From: an uncultured delta proteobacterium
Lineage (GTDB): Bacteria > Myxococcota_A > Polyangia > Polyangiales > Polyangiaceae
Length of the DNA: 64,000 bases
Reading direction: 5' to 3'
NCBI GenBank assembly: GCA_963716725.1
Contig: CAVQUB010000021.1
Span: 320,001-384,000 of the forward strand
The position numbers and the translations under genes are program-made. The notes beneath the pieces are model-generated. The model ran no database searches and was not told where the DNA came from. It worked only from the letters and a program-made list of their open reading frames with translations. Positions within the stretch are counted from its first letter, which is position 1; each line of letters begins with the position of its first letter. Of the stretch, positions 26,977 through 36,915 are shown in pieces.

Positions 26977-28493
26977 GGCACGGCTTCGACGACGTGCGAG
27001 GCGGCTTCGACGTCGAGGCCGACGTGGTCGTGGTGGGCTCGGGCCCCGGAGGCGCCGTGGCCGCGGACAACCTCGCGCGCGCGGGCATGAAGGTCGTGGT
27101 GGTCGAGGCCGGGTCCGAGGTGCGGCCCGAAGACATGGTGCGGGACAGCCCGCGCTTCATGGCCCGTCACTACTGGGAGGGCGGCCTGCGCGTGATCCTC
27201 GGCACGGTCCCCAGCCCGTCGATGCACGGGCGCTGCCTGGGCGGCGGCAGCGTGGTTAACTCCGCCATCATGCTGCCCCTGCCCGGTTGGGTGCGGCAAG
27301 AGTGGCGTGACGAGAGCGGCGTCGCTCACTTCGACGGGCCGGAGCTCGACGCGGCTTACGCTCGCGTGTTCGCCCGTTGTCGCGTCTCACCGACGCCGAT
27401 GACGGTGTTCGGCCGGCGCAACCGCCTGGTGCGCGACGCCATCGAGGGCGTCGTGGGCGAGAAGGGAGGCGGGCTGCCGCGCGCGGTGGTCGACTGTGAA
27501 GGCAGCTCCGACTGCCTGACCGGCTGCGCCGGCGGGCGAAAGCAGTCGGTCGATCGCGTGTACCTGCCCACGGCGGAGGCGGCTGGCGCGGAGGTCTACA
27601 CGCACAGCCAAGTCGACCGCGTTCTGATCGAGGGCAAGCGGGCGGTGGGCGTGGAAGGCGACGTGATCGAGGTCCCGGGTTGGCAGAAGCGCGGGCGCTT
27701 CCGGGTGCGCGCCAAGATGGTGGTGCTGGCGGCCGGCACCATGAACACGCCGGTGCTCTTGCAGAAGAGTGGCGTCAACCCACGCGGCCTGGTGGGCGCG
27801 ACGCTCTTCGCCCACGTGGGCGGCGGGATCGTCGGCATCATGGACGAGGTCGTCGATCCCTGGGTGGGTGCCACCCAGGGCTGGGGCGCCATCTCGAAGG
27901 AGATCCGCGGCCTCAAGTACGAAGCACTGTGGGCCTCGCCCGGCCTGTTGATGGTGCGCTGGGGCGACGTCGGTCGGCGCTTCGTCGAGCGACTCGACGA
28001 GGTGAAACACGCGGTCGTGGTCGCGCTGGTCTACCGCGGCGACGTGCACGGCACGGTCAAGGCGACACGAAGCGGAGAGCCCAGCAGTCGGCTTTGGATC
28101 CCGGAGAAGAACGTGGCGCCGGTGATGCGCGGCATGAAGAACGCCGCCGATGCACTGCTCTCCCTCGGCGCTCGCTACGTGCACACCGGACTGGTGAGCG
28201 TGGTCGACGAGATGAGGAACGCGCGGGACACCGAGAGCCTGCTGTCGCCGAGGGTCAAAGCCAAGCACATGGCGATGACGATGAACCACACCTTCGGATC
28301 CTGCCGCATGACCGCCGATGACCGCGGGCCGGTCGATCCGGACGGCAAGCTGCGCGGGCTCGAGGGGCTGTATGTCTGCGACGCGAGCGTCTTCCCGAGC
28401 CCGAGCGCCGTGAACCCGCAGGCCACCATCATGGCCTTGTCCGACATCACGTCCCGCAAGCTGGGCGAGCTTTCGCTGTCCGAAGCGCCCTAG
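26973..28493 (+). CDS. GMC family oxidoreductase
   Basis: VVVGSGPGG, GRCLGGGSVVN, CxxxxxCxxGC, LAAG...TP, H.FGSCRM, DASVFP...VNP. Confidence 0.92.
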   Translation: MRHGFDDVRGGFDVEADVVVVGSGPGGAVAADNLARAGMKVVVVEAGSEVRPEDMVRDSPRFMARHYWEGGLRVILGTVPSPSMHGRCLGGGSVVNSAIMLPLPGWVRQEWRDESGVAHFDGPELDAAYARVFARCRVSPTPMTVFGRRNRLVRDAIEGVVGEKGGGLPRAVVDCEGSSDCLTGCAGGRKQSVDRVYLPTAEAAGAEVYTHSQVDRVLIEGKRAVGVEGDVIEVPGWQKRGRFRVRAKMVVLAAGTMNTPVLLQKSGVNPRGLVGATLFAHVGGGIVGIMDEVVDPWVGATQGWGAISKEIRGLKYEALWASPGLLMVRWGDVGRRFVERLDEVKHAVVVALVYRGDVHGTVKATRSGEPSSRLWIPEKNVAPVMRGMKNAADALLSLGARYVHTGLVSVVDEMRNARDTESLLSPRVKAKHMAMTMNHTFGSCRMTADDRGPVDPDGKLRGLEGLYVCDASVFPSPSAVNPQATIMALSDITSRKLGELSLSEAP

Positions 28494-28558
28494 TGCCGCG
28501 CGGCAGAAGTTTCGCTGGTTTCTTTTCCGTGTGCGTGTCGTCGGTGTAGTGGGGTGAC

Positions 28559-29215
28559 ATGATCGACTACAGCGCGTTCGCGGGCCGAGCGCACGGTGGT
28601 CGTCCGACGGTTCCGCTCGCGCTGAGGGCTGAAGAGCGCGCGCGGATCGAGGAGGCGTTGCGACCCGCCAGGGCGGAGCAGCGGCTGGTTCGTCGGGCGC
28701 AGGCCGTGTTGATGATGGCGGACGGAGTGCCTGCGACGGACATCGCCCGGCTCCTCGGGGTGCACGTGCGCACGGTGGACGACTGGCGCAAGCGCTTCGA
28801 CTGCGCGGCACCTAGCGAGAGACTGGCGGACGCCCCGCGCTCGGGACGGCCGCCCTCTCTCTCTCGGACACCGTAGCGGCTCGAGTAGAAGCAGAAGCGT
28901 GTCGACCGCCGAGCGACGTCGGCGTGCCCGTCACGCACTGGTCAGCGTCGTTGCTTGGCGTGCACGTTCGCGCGCAAGGAATTCAGATCAGCGACCGGTC
29001 GGTGGGCCGCATACTCAAGGATGCTGACCTGCAACCGCATCGGCAACAAATGTACCTGACTTCGCACGACGACGAGTTCAGGGGGAAGCGCGACGACGTG
29101 CTGCGCGTCTACTACGAGACGCCAAAGAAGGAGCACATCGTGTGCGTCGACGAGAAGACCGGCATCCAGGCGCTCGAACGCCGCTACGCTGACATTCCGA
29201 TGGTGGCCGGACAGC
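28559..29215 (+). pseudogene. IS630 transposase, orfA (HTH) plus -1-frame orfB truncated after the first catalytic Asp
   Basis: orfA RAQAVL..ADG....IARLLG....TV..WRKRF...LADAPRSGRP; the frame change is at (CT)5 28855-28864; orfB THWS..LL, SVGRIL, VCVDEKTGIQALER; no second D or E region follows. Confidence 0.85.
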
Positions 29216-29248
29216 AACTGTTTCGGAGTGAGGCCCGACCACACGGGG

Positions 29249-29744
29249 ATGGCACAGGAAGGGCGAAAGCTCGGAAGATTTGGGGATGGGACGGACGAGG
29301 TGATCGGTGCGCTGATCGAGGTGCATCGGCATCTCGGTCCAGGGCTGATGGAATCCGCATATGAGGCCTGTCTATCTGCCGAGCTGTCCGAACGACGGCT
29401 CAAGTTCGAGCGGCAGCGACCGCTACCAATCCGCTACAAAGGCGTACACCTTGACTGCGCCTATCGCCTCGACCTGGTCGCTTTCAGATCGTATCCTCCT
29501 GGAGCTCAAGGCGGTCGAGCGGCTGCTCCCGATTTACGAAGCGCAGGTCATCACCTATCTGCGCCTTTCGCGGTTGCCCGTCGGCCTGCTCGTCAACTTC
29601 AACGTGACCGCGCTCAGAAATGGCCTGCGGAGGCTAACGCCTGACCACCCCAAATCCTTCCGCTCTTCCGCCCTTCCTGTGAGAGCCCAAATGAGCGCAG
29701 GTCCCAGAGGCGAATCCACTCGAACTTCGGCCGCGCGGCACTAG
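29249..29744 (+). CDS. GxxExxY family (PD-(D/E)XK-like) protein, apparent frameshift at TTT 29482-29484
   Basis: IGALIEVHRHLGPGLMESAYEACL, YRLDLV, ELKAVE, AQVITYLRL...GLLVNFN; removing one T joins the two track ORFs. Confidence 0.88.
29253..29681. repeat. ~33-bp imperfect inverted repeats bracketing the GxxExxY gene (29253-29285 and 29648-29681)
   Basis: CACAGGAAGGGCGAAAGCTCGGAAG-ATTTGGGG vs reverse complement CACAGGAAGGGCGGAAGAGCGGAAGGATTTGGGG. Confidence 0.85.
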
Positions 29745-29774
29745 CCACGGCCGAGCGCCGCGAAGGGCGACCGC

Positions 29775-30509
29775 TCACCAGCCGGAAGTGCCGCCGGCTC
29801 CAGCCTGCGGGACCCGCGAACCGGTCCCTCGAGCGCCGTCGGCAGGCCCATCTTTCTGCCGCGGCACAGCGGGCTCCACGCACATCGCAACGGACACGGA
29901 GGCATCGATGCTGACGCAGGTCTCCGGGACGCCGTCGCCGTCCGAATCGCGTACACCTGCGCTGAAGCCCGCGCTCACGCCGACGTCCACGCCGACCGAC
30001 ATCGAGTCGCTCCCTGACTGGTACTTCCACTCGATGCTGGCGACGCTGGCGCCCGCTCCGACGTTCAGGCCCTTGCTCCCGTCCGCGTTGTCGACCCCGC
30101 CGTACACCTTGGCGGCCAGCAGCTGAGCATTCACCGCCTGCGACTTGGAAAGGGGCACGGTGGCGTCGACCCCGGCGCCGCGCTCGTCCAGCTGGCGACC
30201 CGCTGCACCGCGCGAGCTGGTGGCTCCGAGCTGGAGCTGGGTGCCGTCCGGCGCGCGGCGGTCCACGATGGCGGTGCGAGCCTCTGGCCTAGCCTGCTTC
30301 TTCCCTGCGCCGTCCACCAGGGACTTCACGGCGCGTCCGTCGGGAGCAGGTTGCGCGGGGCCGGCAAGGGCGGGCTTCGACTCGGACTTCGCAACGGTCG
30401 GGCCGCTCGAGACCCGCACGGAACCGTCGCTTTCGGTGTAACCGCCTTGCAGAGACTCGTAGTCGCGGGGGTCTCGGGACTGGGGCGCGTACGCAATGCG
30501 GTCTGTCAT
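29775..30509 (-). CDS. hypothetical protein (Gly/Ser/Val beta-rich C-terminus, DxDGDG motif)
   Basis: ORF from ATG 30509 with coding-like codon usage. Confidence 0.6.
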   Translation of the reverse strand: MTDRIAYAPQSRDPRDYESLQGGYTESDGSVRVSSGPTVAKSESKPALAGPAQPAPDGRAVKSLVDGAGKKQARPEARTAIVDRRAPDGTQLQLGATSSRGAAGRQLDERGAGVDATVPLSKSQAVNAQLLAAKVYGGVDNADGSKGLNVGAGASVASIEWKYQSGSDSMSVGVDVGVSAGFSAGVRDSDGDGVPETCVSIDASVSVAMCVEPAVPRQKDGPADGARGTGSRVPQAGAGGTSGW

Positions 30510-30624
30510 GAGCCCTAGTCGTGACGCGCGTGGGACCGGTTGCGAACCAAATGCCGTAGCTCGAAGAATATCCGCGGTCGACGTCCGCTGGCGCGCCGCG
30601 CGCCCCTGCACTACCCATCGCGGC

Positions 30625-31137
30625 ATGAAGTCCCTGCTCTTGAACGGGATCACCCCCTATCACTGGGCCGTCGGCGGCCTGGGGATCGCGCTGGTGATGC
30701 TGAGCATGTTGTGGCTCACCAACCGGCGCTTGGGGGTCTCTACCGGCTTCGAGAGCCTCTGCTCGCTGGTGGTAAACGCTCCATATTTTCGGCGTTCGGA
30801 GCTGGTCGCGTCGAGGGGCTGGCGCTTGCCGATGCTGGTCGGTCTGGTGCTGGGTGGCGCGCTGTCTGCGGCGCTGGGCGGCGGTTGGGCGCCAACTTGG
30901 AACGCGGGCATGCTCGACGCCGTGTTCGGCCTAGGGCCTGCCGCGAAGGTGGCGCTGATGTTCGGCGGCGGACTGCTGATTGGCTTCGGCACGCGACTGG
31001 CGGGCGGCTGCACCAGCGGGCACGGCATGTTCGGCTTGTCGAACCTGGAGCCCGCGGGCTTGGTCAGCACGCTCAGCTTCATGGGCGCGGGCGTGGTGAC
31101 GACGACGATCGTGTATCGCGTGCTCGGGGGGCTCTAG
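30625..31137 (+). CDS. YeeE/YedE (thiosulfate/sulfur transport) family membrane protein
   Basis: GGLLIGFGTRLAGGCTSGHG signature; multiple TM helices. Confidence 0.92.
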   Translation: MKSLLLNGITPYHWAVGGLGIALVMLSMLWLTNRRLGVSTGFESLCSLVVNAPYFRRSELVASRGWRLPMLVGLVLGGALSAALGGGWAPTWNAGMLDAVFGLGPAAKVALMFGGGLLIGFGTRLAGGCTSGHGMFGLSNLEPAGLVSTLSFMGAGVVTTTIVYRVLGGL

Positions 31138-31584
31138 ATGGCGCCGCTCTACCTGCTCTTCGGGGTCGTGTTCGGTTGGACCCTCAGCCGCAGCGGCGCC
31201 GCGGACTACGACTTGATCCAGAGGATGTTCCTGTTCCAGGACTTCCAGCTCTACGGCATCATGGGCACCGCGGTGGCCATCGCGGCGCCAGGGTTCTGGC
31301 TGATCAAGCGGCGAGGACGCACCCTGACCGGCGCTGCGGTCGCGATGGGCGAGAAGCCACGGCACCGCGGCAACGTGGTGGGCGGGGTGTTGTTCGGCAT
31401 CGGCTGGTCGATCACGGGCATGTGCCCGGGACCTATCTTGGTGAACATCGGCGAAGGCAAGCTACTGGCGCTGGCGGCCCTCGCGGGCACGCTGGTGGGC
31501 GCCGCGCTCTTCGGAGTGTCGTATCCGAAGCTGGCGCCGCGACTCGGGTTGCCGCCGCTCGCCCAAGGCACCGGGGATGGCTGA
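31138..31584 (+). CDS. YeeE/YedE family partner membrane protein
   Basis: GG.LFGIGW.ITGMCPGP signature; immediately follows its partner. Confidence 0.9.
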   Translation: MAPLYLLFGVVFGWTLSRSGAADYDLIQRMFLFQDFQLYGIMGTAVAIAAPGFWLIKRRGRTLTGAAVAMGEKPRHRGNVVGGVLFGIGWSITGMCPGPILVNIGEGKLLALAALAGTLVGAALFGVSYPKLAPRLGLPPLAQGTGDG

Positions 31585-31619
31585 GCCCGCGCGCTCAAAC
31601 GGACGGTGCCCGAGCGAGT

Positions 31620-32228
<609 letters not shown>

Positions 32229-32485
32229 GGCCGGGAGCGTTACGGGACAGCGACCCGCGGAGCAATGGATTTCACCGCTCGCGGATCGGCTCACGGACGG
32301 GCCGCGAGCACGCGAAGCTCGCGGCGCGTGGCCCGCAGCGAGTGGCCCGCGGCCTTGAACCGCAGGCGAGCAACGCTGTGGGATAGGCGCCCACAGCGTT
32401 GCGACTCGTCCACGAGATTGCGCGGTGCGAAGAGGCGGAATGGGGATACACTCAAGAGGTTGGTTCAGGCACCGGAGGTCTTGTC

Positions 32486-34231
32486 ATGAAGAGATTCGTC
32501 GCGGGTGGGTTGCTGAGTGGAGTCGCCTTGTTGATGGCGAGCGCTTGCGGCTCCGACAGCACCGGCGGCCTCGCCGGCACCGGTGGGTTGGCGGGCTCCA
32601 CGTCCGGCGGAACAGGCAACGCAGCCGGCACCGGCGGTAGCGTCAACATCGGCGGCACCGGCGGCGGCATCAACCTGGGCGGCGCTGGCGGCGGCGCCGG
32701 CAGCGACGGAGGCACGCAGGACTGCACGATCGGCACCAAGCAGTGCTCCGGCACCACCCCTCAGATCTGCGGTCCGGGGAGCAAGTGGATCTCGAATCCA
32801 ACGTGCCCATTCGTGTGCGCCGCAGGCAACTGCGTCGGCAAGTGCGCGCCGGGCACGGCGCAGTGTCAGCTCGGCAAGACGCAGACTTGCGACAACACGG
32901 GTCAGTGGGGAGCCAAGACCGCCTGCGAGTTCGGCTGCGACACCACCGGTCAGTGCAAGTCCGCGTGCACGGCGGGCAGCTTCAACTGTTACGGGAACCA
33001 GGTGCAGCAGTGCGACCCCGGCCCTCCGGCCAAGTGGGTACCGAAGGCCCCGTCCACGGTCTGCAACGCACTGAGCGGCCAGAAGTGCGACGCCGCGACG
33101 GGCACGTGCAAGACCTCACCGGTGGTCGGCAGCGCAACCCCAACGGCGGAGTACTACCAGTACGCCGTCTTCAAGAGCGGCTCCTCCGCGTTCAAGGGCG
33201 GCTACGACGTCACGAGCTGGGGCGACTACATCTACGTCAACCGGAGCGCGGCCTACCTGGACGTCTACAAAGTCACTCTGCTCGACACCGACGGAGACGG
33301 CAAGCTCGAGCCGAACCAGCACCCGAGCAACCCCAAACAGACCGGGCCCATCGAGCAGCGCACGCTCACCTTCGTCCAGACTTACAACAAGGCTTCCCCG
33401 GACAACGCTCCGACCGGCGGCGCGTCACAGTCCGAGTTCCTGGCCATGTCGAACACCGAGATCTACTCGCTCGGACCCAGCAAGACCGGGGCGATTAAGC
33501 TCTACGATTTCGCGACCAAGACCGTCACGACGCCCTTCCAACCCACGTCCTCTTCGCTGACGATGTCGTTCTTGGGCTACGCCCACGACGAGAAGATGTT
33601 CTACGCTGGCAACGAGTCGGGTCGCCGGGTGTACTCGTTCCACGAGCCCACCAAGGCCTGGGTGCTCGAGTTCACGTACCCGGACCTGATCGGCAGCCAC
33701 ATGGACGGCATGGACTGCGTCGTCTCGCCCAAGACCGGCATTCAGTACATCTACGTGAGCGACATGACGAGCGACTTCATCGGTCAGTATCGCCGCGACG
33801 ACGCGCTGGGCTGGGTCCAGGAGGAGATGTTCAAATACACCGACTCCACCTCGTCGGTCGTCGAGGGCTTCGGCTTCGGCGCGCTCAACCACTTCTGGGC
33901 CACGAGCGGCAACTATGTCTACGAGCTCGGCGGCGGCGACATCCAGGAGGATCTCGAGCCGTGCCCCAACAACCTGCCGGCCTGCGGCACGGGCAACACC
34001 TGCGCGGGCACGGACATGTGCCTCGACGGTTGCTGCTATCCCAACAACTGTCCGGGTGGCGCTCAAGTCTGCGGCAGCGGCCAGCCCGACTGCCCGGCTG
34101 GGCAGCTGTGCCAAGGCGGCTGCTGCGCCGATCAGTGCCCACCGGGCAAGCAAGCCTGCGGCACCGGACTGCCCGCCTGTTCCGGCGCCAAGTACTGCGT
34201 GGCCGGCTGCTGCTCCACCTCTCCGCAGTGA
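32486..34231 (+). CDS. Cys-rich secreted lipoprotein with central beta-propeller-like domain
   Basis: GGAGG RBS, lipobox ASAC, Gly linker, N- and C-terminal Cys-rich repeats, DTDGDG loop. Confidence 0.82.
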   Translation: MKRFVAGGLLSGVALLMASACGSDSTGGLAGTGGLAGSTSGGTGNAAGTGGSVNIGGTGGGINLGGAGGGAGSDGGTQDCTIGTKQCSGTTPQICGPGSKWISNPTCPFVCAAGNCVGKCAPGTAQCQLGKTQTCDNTGQWGAKTACEFGCDTTGQCKSACTAGSFNCYGNQVQQCDPGPPAKWVPKAPSTVCNALSGQKCDAATGTCKTSPVVGSATPTAEYYQYAVFKSGSSAFKGGYDVTSWGDYIYVNRSAAYLDVYKVTLLDTDGDGKLEPNQHPSNPKQTGPIEQRTLTFVQTYNKASPDNAPTGGASQSEFLAMSNTEIYSLGPSKTGAIKLYDFATKTVTTPFQPTSSSLTMSFLGYAHDEKMFYAGNESGRRVYSFHEPTKAWVLEFTYPDLIGSHMDGMDCVVSPKTGIQYIYVSDMTSDFIGQYRRDDALGWVQEEMFKYTDSTSSVVEGFGFGALNHFWATSGNYVYELGGGDIQEDLEPCPNNLPACGTGNTCAGTDMCLDGCCYPNNCPGGAQVCGSGQPDCPAGQLCQGGCCADQCPPGKQACGTGLPACSGAKYCVAGCCSTSPQ

Positions 34232-34237
34232 CCTCGT

Positions 34238-35488
34238 TCAGCTTGGCTCGAGCAGCAGATAGTGAAACACGCCGCGGCCGATCAGGCGACCGTCGGCTGC
34301 GACCACGAAATCGTAGATGTAGTTCAGCGCCGGCGGCGGGGTGATGTCCTGCCAATTCTTGCCGCCGTCGCTCGAACGGAACAGGTGGGAAACCAAGAGC
34401 GCGTACGCGGTGTGCTTGCCCGCACGCGGATCCCAGGCAACCCGCCACGACGGGCTGACGTTGTCTTTGAAGGTCAGGTTGGCAGAAAACTTCTTGCCTC
34501 CGTCCTCGGACACTAGGGCCGTGAAGCTGCCGTCGTCGGAGCGGCCGATGGCGGCGACGTGCTGAGGATCCGTACCGAAACGCACGTCGACGAGAGCGTA
34601 CGCGACCGGCGATGGGGTACAGCCCGCTTTGCTGCAGAACTGAAGTGCCTTGCCACACGGGATGACGACCTGTTTACCGTCCGTCGGATTGAGGTCGAAG
34701 GCACTGACTCCGGGCTGGGTCGAGCATCCGGGCGTCGCGACGGTGTCGGTGGTGGTAGCGCCGTCAGCCGAATACACGACCGATGACCCAGTGCGGATGG
34801 CCATCAGCCCGTCGCTGGTGAACCTGAGCGCGCTGAACGCGAGCGCGTTGACCGGCAAGCTCTTGCCGAGCGGCGCGTCCGAAAACGTCTTGCCGCCATC
34901 GGTGGAGCGAAATAGATGTCCCCCGCTCTCGGGATCGCTCTGCTGCCCCTGGATCCAGACCACGGCCGCGAGTTCTTGAGGATTCTTCGGGTTGTAGGCG
35001 ATGCCCTTCGGCTCAGCCTGAGCCGTCTGCGAAAGAGCGGAGAGGTTGCCCAAGGTCGGAAACGTCGAGCCCAGATCGGTGGTCGTCGCGGCGACGACGG
35101 TCGCTCCCGTCACCGAGTACGTCTCGGCGAGCACGCTGAACTGACCGGCCACCGTCGGATGCGCCGCGAGGGCCGGACCGAACTGCAACGGGAGGGGCAA
35201 CGAGGTCCAGTCGGGGGTCGCGCTCCAGCCGTCGGCCGAGCCGCTGCCTCCACCACCGAGCGCGCCGCTCCCGCCGTCACCGGCAAATCCCGCGGCCCCG
35301 CCCGAGGCAGCTCCCCCCGCGAGGCCGCCCGCGCCGCCGGTGGCAGCACCGCCGAGGCCGGCGCCGCCACCCTGACCGGCGCTGCCGCCAGCACCACCAC
35401 CCGCACCTCCGGAAGAGCCGGACCCGCCACAAGCGAAGACGCACGCAGCCGCCATCACCCCGAGAGCACGCGATGAAAGTCGAAGCAC
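34238..35488 (-). CDS. BNR/Asp-box repeat (sialidase-like) lipoprotein
   Basis: Lipobox VFAC; Asp boxes STDGGKTF, SEDGGKKF, SSDGGKNW. Confidence 0.8.
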   Translation of the reverse strand: MLRLSSRALGVMAAACVFACGGSGSSGGAGGGAGGSAGQGGGAGLGGAATGGAGGLAGGAASGGAAGFAGDGGSGALGGGGSGSADGWSATPDWTSLPLPLQFGPALAAHPTVAGQFSVLAETYSVTGATVVAATTTDLGSTFPTLGNLSALSQTAQAEPKGIAYNPKNPQELAAVVWIQGQQSDPESGGHLFRSTDGGKTFSDAPLGKSLPVNALAFSALRFTSDGLMAIRTGSSVVYSADGATTTDTVATPGCSTQPGVSAFDLNPTDGKQVVIPCGKALQFCSKAGCTPSPVAYALVDVRFGTDPQHVAAIGRSDDGSFTALVSEDGGKKFSANLTFKDNVSPSWRVAWDPRAGKHTAYALLVSHLFRSSDGGKNWQDITPPPALNYIYDFVVAADGRLIGRGVFHYLLLEPS

Positions 35489-35565
35489 GAGCCCTTCGTT
35501 GCGCGGACCGAGTGCATGTTCAAGACCGCCGATGACGAGCGGAAAGTGCCCGTGAGCAGCGCGCG

Positions 35566-36915
35566 TCAGCGCAACACCGGCTCGAACAATATGTCCCGGC
35601 CCAGGTAGCGCACCGTGAACGGCTTGCCTGCCCGGAGTTCGGCGAAGCGCTCGGGGCTCGAGCCGATGGTCGTCTCAACCTCGAAGGGTGGCGCACGATC
35701 GGGGCAAATCCAGAGCCGGGCGGCGAACGCCACGCCGGCGGGCGACTCGGTAACGACGCTCGCGCTCTGCACGCGGCCCGGCGCGATCTCTCCCCGCGCC
35801 AGAAGCGCTCGCTCTCCCTGGGTACGGCGAAGCGCCTTCCAGAACGGAGACAGTAAGATGGCGGCAGCAAAGAACATGATGAACGAAAACGAGATCGAGA
35901 GCCCGAAGCTCACACCATCCGACGAATACAGGGACCAGAGGCCCTCGGCGATCAGCAAGACTCCGCCCAACGCCAAGTGAACGGAGATCGCGAGGATCAC
36001 CAGCATGCCCTTGGTCCAGGGAATGCGGCGGCGACCGAGAGCGCGCTGGCGCCGGCGTTCGGCCTCGGGCTCGGCCCGAGGGCACAGGTCGAGGCGCGAA
36101 CTCGCGCTCATGAAGCTTCGGGCGAGCTGCTGCCCGAACGCATCGGACTCGAACTTGTAGTGCGACAGCAGATCGACGGCAGCACCCAGGCGCCCGAGGC
36201 GCTCCCAGGCGTTGGCGCGCAGAAGCGCGCAAGCACCGCCGAGCTCGTCCACGACGGGCACCTCGACGTCGTTACCACCGAGCACGGTGAGCACCGCCCC
36301 GAGTTCGCCCTTGGCGGTGTCCACCAGCGCGCGTGCGTAGCGGTAGTAAGAATCCGTGCGCAAGTCGGCGGAGCGCGGCTCGCAGAGCCCCAGCCAAGCC
36401 TCTCCGCCCGCCGGATCGCCCATCCGCGCGGCCAGCGCCCCGAGCCCCGCGCGCAAGATCTGGGTTGCGCGCGGCGTCCTCACCAAAGTGAGCGAGCTTT
36501 CGAGCAAGCCTCGCTCGCGATACGGGTCGCCGTCGTCGGCGGCGCGCTGGGCCAACAGCCAAGCGAGCTCGGTGAGGAGCCGTTCGGCAGCGACGTCTCC
36601 GGGAGAGACCCGCGATCGGAGCGCTTGCCACTGGGCAAAGGCCTCGGTCCCGGCGTGAAGGCCGAGGCGCATGCCGGCCATGAACGGCGCCAGCGCCGGA
36701 TCGGGCGCGTAGGCCGAGCTCTGGGTGCGGAGGTGGTCGAGCCGCGCGAACTCGTCCGCGGACCACCCCTCGGAGACTGCGTCGTCGATGCGCGCGACGA
36801 CCTGGTTCTGTTCGCCGCACTTGCCGCAGCGAACCGACTCACCCCCCGCGCCGATGTCGAGGGGCGCACCGCAGCTCGAGCACAAGGTGACGCGGTCGAA
36901 GAAGCCGGTCTTCAT
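35566..36915 (-). CDS. zinc-ribbon + helical repeat + 2-TM membrane protein (paralog 2)
   Basis: ATG 36915 overlaps the upstream TGA (TGATG); CSSCGAPL..CGKC; LLRANAWER; two TM helices. Confidence 0.8.
   Translation of the reverse strand: MKTGFFDRVTLCSSCGAPLDIGAGGESVRCGKCGEQNQVVARIDDAVSEGWSADEFARLDHLRTQSSAYAPDPALAPFMAGMRLGLHAGTEAFAQWQALRSRVSPGDVAAERLLTELAWLLAQRAADDGDPYRERGLLESSLTLVRTPRATQILRAGLGALAARMGDPAGGEAWLGLCEPRSADLRTDSYYRYARALVDTAKGELGAVLTVLGGNDVEVPVVDELGGACALLRANAWERLGRLGAAVDLLSHYKFESDAFGQQLARSFMSASSRLDLCPRAEPEAERRRQRALGRRRIPWTKGMLVILAISVHLALGGVLLIAEGLWSLYSSDGVSFGLSISFSFIMFFAAAILLSPFWKALRRTQGERALLARGEIAPGRVQSASVVTESPAGVAFAARLWICPDRAPPFEVETTIGSSPERFAELRAGKPFTVRYLGRDILFEPVLR

Larger units (their letters stand above)
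28493..29741 (+). mobile_element. IS630-family element (defective), with terminal inverted repeats and TA/CTAG target duplication
   Basis: Left CTAGTGCCGCGCGGCAGAAGTT (28490-28511) vs reverse complement of right CTAGTGCCGCGCGGCCGAAGTT (29723-29744), 21/22 identical; CTAG at both ends; IS630 transposase fragments inside. Confidence 0.88.

Noticed and set aside
26397..27329. N-terminal 311 aa of the 840-aa beta-helix ORF
   Set aside because: Overlaps the GMC operon on the opposite strand; the signal peptide starts at 26396.
32301..32326. GCCGCGAGC-N7-GCTCGCGGC inverted repeat
   Set aside because: No U-tract, lies between divergent genes and is all-GC-rich; cannot be supported as a terminator or operator.
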